Below are positions 9,878 to 19,984 of a stretch of 27,999 nucleotides of DNA, piece by piece. The stretch covers positions 184,383,501-184,411,499 of the forward strand of contig JANKJI020000002.1 in the NCBI GenBank assembly GCA_024626585.2, read 5' to 3'. Positions within the stretch are counted from its first letter, which is position 1, and every line of letters begins with the position of its first letter. Both the position numbers and the translations under genes were made by a program. The notes beneath the pieces are model-generated. The model was not told where the DNA came from, ran no database searches, and was given only the letters and a program-made list of their open reading frames with translations. Source of the stretch: Ginkgo biloba (Eukaryota > Plantae > Ginkgophyta).

Positions 9878-10359
9878 NNNNNNNNNNNNNNNNNNNNNNN
9901 NNNNNNNNNNNNNNNNNNNNNNNNNNNNNNNNNNNNNNNNNNNNNNNNNNNNTCACATTGATAATGATCATAAAGAGGTCAAGTATACTGGTACATACTA
10001 GGAGCGTACCTCGGAGGTGCCTAATATGACTTGGGTTGGCCAATCATTCCCTTGTTGCCTTGATTCCATCCTCCTCTTCTTTTCTACATCTTCATCAAGC
10101 ATAACCGCATGGATGCATCATCATCTTCCCTCGTTATCTCCTTCATATTCCTTAAAAATTCCATGTCTTATTCTTCTTCAATAGCATCAACATCCATTTT
10201 GCATCAGTTCTTTGAATGCTTCTTCCTATATGTTGGGCAACAAATAGCTAACGTTGTAATGTTAACATGCTCTTTATGAGGAAGATTCTCTCATCGTACC
10301 CTTTATAGATTATAGATTATAACACAATTATAGATCGTAACATTTATCCGTTAAATGCT

Positions 10360-10790
10360 ACCTGTATCCTTAAGTGTGTAAGTAAAATATTGTGCATGAC
10401 TAATCATAAGGTTGTGTTCTCGTGGGGTGGCATCCATATTTTTAACTTGTGTCTTTGAGTGTGTAAGTGAAATGTTGCATGTTATTGGTTATAAGGTTGT
10501 GCCATTGTGGGATCATTTCCATCTCCTAGTTTGTAGGCTACTTTATGCCACTTGCGTCCTTTGACTATACAAGTTCTATATTGCAAATGAACGATTGTAA
10601 GGTTAGACCATCGCAGGATGGTTTCTATTCTTTAGGATTGCATCTTGTACCCCTTGATTACTTAAGTGATATATTTCATGTGATTAGTTGTCAAATTATG
10701 CCATTATGGGAGGTGTCCATTTTTTTATCTTGGAGTGTATCTTGTGCATGATCGATCACAAGATTACCCCATCATGGGATGATGTTCATA
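10360..10790. repeat. Degenerate tandem array, about 5 units of ~85-105 bp
   Basis: Recurring core (t)tgagtgtgtaagtgaaat.ttgcatg...ataaggttgtgccattgtgggat...tccat starting near 10371, 10456, 10561, 10655 and (partial) 10742. Confidence 0.7.
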
Positions 10791-11157
10791 ATTATGTTTT
10801 TAGAATATTTGGTACGATAAGGAGAAGTTTTGAATTTGACACTTAGTAATTTTTTTTTCTACATCTTGAAATGTTGTAGTGTGGCACCAAGGCACTATCA
10901 TGATATAAAATTAAGGAATTGACCTTCCTTAGCGATAAGAACACATCTTGTGATTATTTAAAATATGATGAAATTATGCAACCTTGATAAAGGGTCATAT
11001 TTTGAATAGTTTTAGGTGGGAGTTATTACCTTGATATGGAATATACTCCCCATATAAATTTGCTAANNNNNNNNNNNNNNNNNNNNNNNNNNNNNNNNNN
11101 NNNNNNNNNNNNNNNNNNNNNNNNNNNNNNNNNNNNNNNNNNNNNNNNNNNNNNNNN

Positions 11158-12840
11158 AGAGGAGAATCAAATATCCTTCCTAAAATCATATATATCACAA
11201 CCTATAATCATGTGCTTCCTTCATGCACCTCTATACTATTTTTTGATGCCAAATATATATCATGTGAGTTTCTTCTAGCTTATTAAGTTAGTCTTGTCTT
11301 TCTTTTAAGGATTGTTCATCATCCATTTTTCTCCAATTGCAATTCAAAGGCTAGGAATTTGGGGTTTTATTAGTAGGACTACTTCTTGGTCATATACTAT
11401 TTGGAATGGGGTATGGCTTATGGTTGGATTATAAGTATTATGAAACAGCTACAACGCTGCATGCCATTTCTTTGCCTAATTGCATCTTCTATCTGTACAC
11501 ATCTTTATCAACATATTGCATATGAATTTATTTAAGGATTCAAATAATCCATTTCATCTTGGATAGTAGGGTGTTCTCTCGCAATTCTATATCATAAACT
11601 CAAAAGTTAAAGTTTTAATGAAATGTGTCTTTTTATCACTTACCAACTCTACTGAAAGACCAAACTTCACCATCATGCATTTATATAGGAAGAGAACCAT
11701 CATATTAGTCATATTATCTAGGGTGGATATAGATTCAAACCATTTGTTAACATAGTTTATTGTGACTATGATGTATCATACCTAGGTTCTACGTGAAGGT
11801 GGCTTAATAGGGCCAATGAAGTTAATTCTCCATTTCTTAAAAGGGAATTATTATTTAACTATATTTAGGGGAATGAAGTCTTAAACTATCACTTTACCAA
11901 GTTGTTGACATATATTGTACTATTTGCACCGAGGATGAACATATTAAAATAATGATGACCACTATAGACCATCCATTATAAATTTCTTGGCCATTTTATT
12001 ACTAGATATTTGTCTACTTGCAACTCCATCATGAGATTTATACGAACATTTGGTATATCCTTAGGTATATCACATATATAAAGTACTTTATCTTTCCTAA
12101 GATTTTATAATTATCCACCAATAAGAGTATAAGTGAGCATCTTCCTTGCTTAATTCTTCTTTTAATAAGTGATGTGATAAGAAGGTTCTTGGTTTATAGA
12201 TAGGAATTTATCTATCTCTTGGATATCATATGGAATAACATTCACCTTAAAGAAGTGAACATTAGAAAAGTCATCCTAAATTTCCTCTCTGTCTCTATTA
12301 TCTATAAAAGATAATTGATATTGTATGACACATGATTTTCTTAGTTTTGAGAATATCTCAAAATCATATTCCTACAGGAGCATGATCCATTGGCTTTAAC
12401 AACCTTGTTGAATAGGCTTGTTCACAATATACTTCAGTTCTTAGTGATCCACATAGAATTCCAACTTGTGTTCAAAAAAATAATGTGGGAAAATTTTCAC
12501 TGAGTAAATCATAATAAGTGCTTTATTATCAATAGTGGTGTAATTCTTCTCTACCTTACTAAAGTTCCTACTTGTATAATATATAATATGCTCAATATTA
12601 CTAGATCCTAACTATGCTAAGATTTCTCTAATTTCCACTATAGAGGTATCTATGTAGACATGAAAGTAGATATTCTATTTAGGAAATTATAGAATCAAAT
12701 ATTATTCTAATCTTATATTCAAGAGTTCAAATGATTTCTCATAATGTGTTTTTCATGAGAAGGGACTATTTTTTTTTAACATGTGTTCCATGGGGATTAT
12801 AATTTTTTTTATGGATTTTAATGAATTTCTGGTAATAACC
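11158..12840 (-). pseudogene. pol: Ty3/gypsy (non-chromovirus) pol remnant: RT thumb, RNase H, integrase
   Basis: GYYQKFIK at 12840; FHVYIDTS at ~12665; EKNYTT, FYVDH.ELKYIVNKP and WIMLL*EYDF at ~12550-12360; PFKKWRINFIGPIKPP..YIIVTINYVNKWFES at ~11845-11730; VKFGLSVELVSDK at ~11670; IPSL near 11355. RH-before-INT order. Confidence 0.9.
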
Positions 12841-13043
12841 NNNNNNNNNNNNNNNNNNNNNNNNNNNNNNNNNNNNNNNNNNNNNNNNNNNNNNNNNNNN
12901 NNNNNNNNNNNNNNNNNNNNNNNNNNNNNNNNNNNNNNNNATTGAACAAAATAAAAATATTAACTCAATAGACACCATGGTGGGATGCCTAACTCATCTC
13001 TTGGATTTAAAACAACTAATAAAATAACTATACATATCATAAA

Positions 13044-13065
13044 AGAGAGAGAGAGAGAGAGAGAG
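13044..13065. repeat. (AG)11 microsatellite
   Basis: Perfect AG dinucleotide run. Confidence 0.95.
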
Positions 13066-13751
13066 TTTTATTCTTAAATATTTGCATCCATAACATATCT
13101 TGTTTCTAGTAGCAACAAGGATTTTTACTCATTTATTTCCATTGAGGACCTTAACAATTCTAGTCAATTAATGCACCTATAATGTAGATACCTTGCTTCA
13201 CTTAAATGGTTTCTAAAATTTAAGGGACATTCTCACTTACATTCATGTTATTCCCTCTTCCTTCCTTAAAAAATAATAAGAGATTAAGATGAAATTTAGA
13301 AATGGTACACTTTGATGGACTAAAAAGTGGCTATTAAGACCCTGATTAAGGAAAATAAAATACTTTGTCTTAGCTCAATAAAATGCCAAACCTCATGTCC
13401 TCTCTCTAGTCTTACAAAAATTTATATATATACATAGTGTTTGTTAACCAAGGTGGGAAGTTATTATGAAATATCATAAAGGTCTTAATATTCATATTGT
13501 AGATGGAAATAGTCTTGCTACAACAGTTGTTCCAAATTCAATTTCAGATGATAAAAAGAAGGTTTTTTTGTGTAGGGAAAGATCAAATCTAGCATGCACC
13601 ATTTCCCATCTTCTTTGTTGGCTTCAAAGTTGTCCAAGATATAAATTACTAAAGGTATCCAAATAATGTTATGCTGAAGGGCATAATGGTGGTCATAAGA
13701 TCACCTAATAGTTTTTTGGAAAATATTACAAGCCATAAATTTTACAGAACC

Positions 13752-14190
13752 ACCTTGATTGAGGTCCTAAGAAATGTTGATCCAGGTACTCATAAACCTT
13801 GATCGAGGTATTTTACATACCTAATATGATATTAGTTTAGGATACAAAATATATATCAAGAAAAAACATTAGCATGATCAAGCTATAAAACCAACCTTGG
13901 AAAATCTCCAGGCCATCAACTAACTGGGCATATGACCTCAATTGAGCTAGACTAGATTCTAAACTAGACACGATGATACCTTGATCTAACTCTCTACTCA
14001 TTTTTGAGTTGGAAAAGAGATAGCTTAATCAAGGTAGTAAATATCACATTCAAGGTATCTAATTATCCTTATCATGTTGACTTCCTCAAATGAGATACTT
14101 ACTAATGCAGACAATTGGATAACACCATTGTTCTAATTAGATGACATGGAAATAACTTGATAAAGGTATCTAATGATATCAACAAGATAA
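13752..14190. repeat. Array of decayed 14-bp palindromes (inferred consensus ACCTCGATCGAGGT) with ~22-bp period
   Basis: accttgattgaggt 13752, atgttgatccaggt 13774, accttgatcgaggt 13796, agcatgatcaagct 13871, acctcaattgagct 13935, accttgatctaact 13978, agcttaatcaaggt 14022, atcacattcaaggt 14043, aacttgataaaggt 14154. Confidence 0.75.
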
Positions 14191-14808
14191 TTTAGTAAAG
14201 TCACCATGCATATTAGATTGAAAATTTTTATGATACTCTCAATTTTTGTAGGATATGACAATTAAACTCATCATGTGTTAATTTTTTAAATCATGCTCTA
14301 TATTTTATAAGATTAACTATATAAACTCCACTTTTGAACTTAAGCCAATTTTATCTTAAACTTTAACTCTCTTATGAAAATAATAACATTAAATATTAAG
14401 CTAAAGCTGCATAGCAAATATTTATTANNNNNNNNNNNNNNNNNNNNNNNNNNNNNNNNNNNNNNNNNNNNNNNNNNNNNNNNNNNNNNNNNNNNNNNNN
14501 NNNNNNNNNNNNNNNNNNNNNNNNNNNATGTATCATTATCTTATTTGATGTTCACTATGATGATATAATTGAGTCTTCAATAAGAATATATTCTTTATTC
14601 TTTGTTCCATCAATATATCTTATTTGTACCTTCAATCATACTATCATACTGAATAATCTTATGGTGCTAAAATTTTCTTTCCTTTATAAATCTTTGGTAC
14701 TTATAGATCATATCCCTATAATGGTGTGTTTCCACCCTTATATGTTGAATGCAANNNNNNNNNNNNNNNNNNNNNNNNNNNNNNNNNNNNNNNNNNNNNN
14801 NNNNNNNN

Positions 14809-16240
14809 CATTAGACCCCTAATACTACATCCACTCCCTCTATCTCTATTACATAAAAGGAATCCTTGAATTTATAATATCCTAACTTTAGTTCCACATA
14901 TCTGATAACCCTTTCACAAATTATTTCTAATTTCTCTAGTATCAATACGAGAAACTTCTCACTCCTGTCCACATACAATACTTATATTTTAACTTGACAT
15001 TTATCCATGAAGTTGAGGGGTCTTCCTATATCTACCATAACTAGTACCTTACTCTTCTTAATCAACCCATGATTTTTAAAGATATCTAGTTTTTAAAATC
15101 TAGTCATATAAGAAATAAAATCTCTTATTCACTTATATCTAATGCTTATTGGACTTTTAGCTCTTCAACTATATCATGTTCCTCTTCGTTATTCTTTGGT
15201 TTAGGTTATTTTGGTATCACTTCAACCATTGATTCATCCTAATATTCTTCTCTTTGTTCCTTACCCATGAACAAATTTGTAGGAAGGCATTTTTTCTCTT
15301 GTGACTATGTATTTCCATAGTGATATCACTTTATTACTTCATCTCTTTGCATTCCTTCTTATAGTATTGCTACCTTGCTAGGTTGTGGACATCCCATCAT
15401 TGATGCTTATATTTCATTAGTTGTACTAATCACTATTTGTTTTTGGGTAGGGATTACCTTTGTCTAAATGAAAGTTATATTTCCTTAGCGTGATGGGCAT
15501 AATATATAGATTTTTCAAGGGTATTTAGTTTGAACATTTTAAATTTTTCCCTTAATTATACTCTTACATTTGGGATGCAGAATTATTATACGTAATTTTA
15601 CTCTATATCTTATTTGAATTATAAAATTTAGAATTTATTTGTATATTATTTTACTGACATATCCCTTTGGTAGTGATGTTTTATTTTAATGTTATATGAT
15701 TCATTCTAATTTTAATCAACTCATTGATAAAAACCCTCATCAAAATTCTTATATGATCCTTTTATAATTTGGTTCCTTCCCCACCATATTTACCCCCATG
15801 AATGTATTATTCTTTCCATAAACTAAATTATGGTTTGGATTTATTCTTATTCTTTAGATATCCCTACTTAAAAATTTCATCTTGATCTTACTTATCCATT
15901 TGTGTGGTTCTGCCAAAACCTTAAAATCAAAATTTAGAATTGTCAACTATAGGTTGTGAGAGACCTTGCTATTATTTACTAGAATTCTATTACCACATAA
16001 TTTACTATCAATCCTTAGAACCTCTTGGTGTAGTAATCTTTGATTTCTTGAGATTTTTCTTATACTAGATTGATTGTATAACTTTTGGTCCATTATTTCT
16101 AATAAGGCATATATTCCTAATATATCTCTTTTTATGCTACTAATCTTGGCATCCACACTACTATACCTAGAATCCATTTTCCCTTAGATGTCGATATGTA
16201 ATTCTAGGATGTTTCTTTCAATATTTGTTTTATGTTTTGT
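14809..16240 (-). pseudogene. Chromovirus-like (Reina/Tekay-type) Ty3/gypsy gag-protease remnant
   Basis: ORF 16177-15947 is the gag N-terminus; EPHKWISK at ~15910; KFKMFKLNTLEKSIYYA at ~15550; protease GLIKKSKVLVMVDIGRPLNFMD at ~15068-15003 (cf. VLIDSGSTHNFID); GVDVVLGV*W at ~14837-14809 (cf. DVVLGxQWL). Confidence 0.8.
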
Positions 16241-16275
16241 CTTCACTATATAGCGTCTTAATCAAGGATTATTGA

Positions 16276-16288
16276 GGCTCTAATACCA
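16276..16288 (-). promoter_or_regulatory. PBS complementary to the 3' end of tRNA-iMet
   Basis: Minus strand TGGTATTAGAGCC is the canonical TGGTATCAGAGCC with one C>T, positioned upstream of the gag remnant. Confidence 0.85.
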
Positions 16289-16290
16289 TT

Positions 16291-16743
16291 TATAATTATC
16301 CAAATGGAGAAACTACTAAATAATATATATAATTAATAATTTATATATAAGAAAATATAAATAATATAAATAAAGAAACATTCATACATTTATGCATGTG
16401 AATAATATTAAAAAAAAATATAATAATCATAAATATGTTGTAGTATCAAAATTAATTAGAATTGTACAAATTTGGGGCACCTACTATCTAGAGAGAGAGA
16501 AAGATACATGTGGATACCTACTACCCATAACTAGTCTCTAAACTAGGGTAACCTACTACCCCAAAGTAGAAAAATACTCTCAAAAGAGAAGAATGGATGA
16601 TAATATTCTTAAGATATGATGATAAAGGGATGGAAGAATGTCCCTTTATATTAAATTCTTGGGCACCTTATCCCAAGAGTCATAGCACTTGAAGAGGAGA
16701 TGAATTTTGGCCTTAAATGACCTCCTTTATCTAACTAAACTTG
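16291..16743 (-). repeat. Partial 5' LTR of the chromovirus-like element
   Basis: Adjacent to the PBS. Non-coding, with a minus-strand TATA-like aatataaaggg at ~16642-16652. Interrupted by an N gap. Confidence 0.55.
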
Positions 16744-16843
16744 NNNNNNNNNNNNNNNNNNNNNNNNNNNNNNNNNNNNNNNNNNNNNNNNNNNNNNNNN
16801 NNNNNNNNNNNNNNNNNNNNNNNNNNNNNNNNNNNNNNNNNNN

Positions 16844-17470
16844 CAAGAATCCCCACAAAATAAGGAATAGGGGCCTTAAGAGAAAATGTTGATGAAGATA
16901 TTTTTGAAGAAGGTTTGTTATCAAACTTATACAAAAACATGATCATGCAAATCACATAACTCATTTTCACAGAGGACTACCTCGATTTTAATAATGTTTG
17001 TAACAAAAAAATTCAACAAAAAACTATGGGGAGTAATTTCATAGTAGTATATACATACCTTTTCCTTTTCCACCTACAAAAGGAAAGTATTTGAATGAAT
17101 TTGACTAAAGAATATCAAATAATTAAGAGGTATATTAATGACATCTTTAAATTCTAGAGTAGAACCAAAGAAGAATTCAAAGAGTATATTTATTCTTATT
17201 AAAAAATATACCCAAATAACATCAAAATTACCACTTTGATCTCATATTACACCATAAATATCCTGGATATTAACTTCTACAAATATGGGGATTTTTAAAA
17301 TATAGGAGTTCTTTCCACAAGATGTTATCAAAAGGAACTAAATGCTTACTAATACATTCAATTCTTATCATTGTATCCACATCATCAAAAGGAGTATTTT
17401 ATCATAAATAAATTACATTAATTCTTGTTAAGATAAAAATACCCTCATGTATTTATCATATTAAATAATC
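16844..17470 (+). mobile_element. Penelope-like element (PLE) reverse transcriptase fossil, RT motifs 3-7 plus thumb
   Basis: Single frame +1: RIPTK*GIGALRE..LIFTEDYLDFNNVCNKKIQQKTMGSNFIVVYTYLFL..IKRYINDIFKF*..IKIT..INILDINFYK..GVLSTRCYQKELNAY*YIQFLSLYPHHQKEYFIINKLH*FL. Matches the PLE pattern IP..G / F.F....Q..G.AMGS..A..YA.LF / RYIDDIF..W / IK.T / FLD / L.T..Y.K..N..Y....S.HP. Nine in-frame stops, no frameshift. Confidence 0.88.
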
Positions 17471-19874
17471 TTGTTGTACATATATTATGTATTGTTAGTG
17501 AAACATGGCTATGAACATATTGCCCTGGAGGAGTATCATGAAAGAGGCAATAAAGAGGAAGATAGAATTCCTCCACTATTTTAAGGGGTTAATACCTTAT
17601 TAAAAAAAAAAGGGAATGTACACTAAGTGGGGTGGTATTTACAATTAGAATGCATAAAGTTTTGACATTCCATTTGATTTTTATTTTATAGAATGAAGAA
17701 CAACATGAAAAAGAAAACATGGGAAGATAAAAAATAAAGAAATATTTTATTAGAGTCCACAATACTAATTATTGAATATCCAAACTCTAATAACAAAGCA
17801 ATGTGGAATGATANNNNNNNNNNNNNNNNNNNNNNNNNNNATGACTGAGGAATAGTTAACCATTAACACCCTCTTAAGGATTCTCTTAGTGTCATAAAGG
17901 AGGTCTTTCTAGTAACTCAAACTTTGGGGTCAATGAATTATATCATTCTAGTTGTCATATCATTGAAAATTATTGAATTATTTAATAGAATAAAATATCA
18001 TAAAATTACTTTCAACACTCTTCAATAGTTCTCTAAGAGTATGTGGAAAAAATAATAAATTTATTTGGATGATGAACAATATTTTTAAATAACAAACTCT
18101 AGTAACACTCGAAGCATAAAATAAAAAGATAATTTATTTTAGCATAAAAAAAATTTGGTCCAATTTATAACTCAATTCTTAAGGACTCTCAATATTAACA
18201 TATAAAAACAAAAGGAAATCAACATGTATGGACAATTCTCATAGAGTTAAAAAATTCATCATCATCATTTATCAATAGTGATTGATACTTAATGAAGATG
18301 AGATCAATAGAATATCACTAAAATTTAAGCCATAAACACTCAAACATAACTCCAATTATAATTCAATTGATGACGTAAAGAAAAAATGATTCCCACTTAA
18401 ATAATAATAGTTCTTGATATTTAAACATAAGAAATTATTCACCATATTACTATTAAGAATAATAACACCTTTAATAGAGTTTATTCTTTAAGAAATAATA
18501 TCTTGAGTCACATGTCCACAAATAAAAAATATTCCAACAATTACAAGCCTTTATAGGCCAATGTACATCAAAGTTGCAATGGAAGGAATGCATGAAAATT
18601 CATGAGGTAACACTTAGGTGAATTGTCCTGATTAGTAATCTGTGAGAAAATAAGGCATTCATGTCAATAACCAAATAGGAAGAGTGACAAGAAATAACAA
18701 TAATATGAAGGGTAAGAATACAAAGTGATTCTCTCACTAGTAGCACTCAGAGGAACCCCATATTTTTATTTTCTCTTCTCTTTTTTATCCTTCTGTTTAA
18801 TTATATTGTTGGAGAAATTAGACACAACTAAAAACTAACTTTTATTAGTCTCCCCTATGACTATTTCTTATTTCAATTGNNNNNNNNNNNNNNNNNNNNN
18901 NNNNNNNNNNNNNNNNNNNNNNNNNNNNNNNNNNNNNNNNNNNNNNNNNNNNNNNNNNNNNNNNNNNNNNNNNNNNNNNNNNNNNNNNNNNNNNNNNNNN
19001 NNNNNNNNNNNNNNNNNNNNNNNNNNNNNNNNNNNNNNNNNNNNNNNNNNNNNNNNNNNNNNNNNNNNNNNNNNNNNNNNNNNNNNNNNNNNNNNNNNNN
19101 NNNNNNNNNNNNNNNNNNNNNNNNNNNNNNNNNNNNNNNNNNNNNNNNNNNNNNNNNNNNNNNNNNNNNNNNNNNNNNNNNNNNNNNNNNNNNNNNNNNN
19201 NNNNNNNNNNNNNNNNNNNNNNNNNNNNNNNNNNNNNNNNNNNNNNNNNNNNNNNNNNNNNNNNNNNNNNNNNNNNNNNNNNNNNNNNNNNNNNNNNNNN
19301 NNNNNNNNNNNNNNNNNNNNNNNNNNNNNNNNNNNNNNNNNNNNNNNNNNNNNNNNNNNNNNNNNNNNNNNNNNNNNNNNNNNNNNNNNNNNNNNNNNNN
19401 NNNNNNNNNNNNNNNNNNNNNNNNNNNNNNNNNNNNNNNNNNNNNNNNNNNNNNNNNNNNNNNNNNNNNNNNNNNNNNNNNNNNNNNNNNNNNNNNNNNN
19501 NNNNNNNNNNNNNNNNNNNNNNNNNNNNNNNNNNNNNNNNNNNNNNNNNNNNNNNNNNNNNNNNNNNNNNNNNNNNNNNNNNNNNNNNNNNNNNNNNNNN
19601 NNNNNNNNNNNNNNNNNNNNNNNNNNNNNNNNNNNNNNNNNNNNNNNNNNNNNNNNNNNNNNNNNNNNNNNNNNNNNNNNNNNNNNNNNNNNNNNNNNNN
19701 NNNNNNNNNNNNNNNNNNNNNNNNNNNNNNNNNNNNNNNNNNNNNNNNNNNNNNNNNNNNNNNNNNNNNNNNNNNNNNNNNNNNNNNNNNNNNNNNNNNN
19801 NNNNNNNNNNNNNNNNNNNNNNNNNNNNNNNNNNNNNNNNNNNNNNNNNNNNNNNNNNNNNNNNNNNNNNNNNN

Positions 19875-19970
19875 TGTTGGGTTTATGAGCCATACTTCAC
19901 TCTTATATCTTTTCCTTTTCAATTTTAGATATTTTTCAAGATTTTTTTACACAATCGAGGAAACATAGAT
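19875..19970 (+). repeat. ~95-bp dispersed repeat, second copy at 26711-26808
   Basis: atacttca..ctttt(t)cctttt.a.tttta.at.tttttcaag..tttttacacaatc..gaaa.ata.ataa is shared by both sites. Confidence 0.7.
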
Positions 19971-19984
19971 AATATACAAGAATA

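Noticed and set aside
8974-12840. Athila-like gag-protease and RNaseH-integrase as one element
   Set aside because: On the minus strand the integrase lies upstream of gag, the wrong order for a single element, and gaps separate them.
13752-14190. CRISPR-like repeat-spacer array
   Set aside because: Repeats of 14 bp and spacers of ~8 bp are far too short and degenerate, there are no cas genes, and the context is eukaryotic.
14528-14754. LIDHIPI resembling the SDHxP motif of a LINE endonuclease
   Set aside because: Single weak motif on a ~230-bp contig between gaps; not supportable.
17471-18879. PLE GIY-YIG endonuclease, pLTR or hammerhead ribozyme next to the PLE RT
   Set aside because: No GIY..YIG motif or CTGATGA..GAAA core found by eye. 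Similarity ends near 17470, where tgttgtaca may start another insertion.
18857-19968. Long ORFs of 340-363 aa (and similar X-filled ORFs at 8425-9122, 23898-24714 and other gaps)
   Set aside because: Artefacts of translating N runs; no coding evidence.
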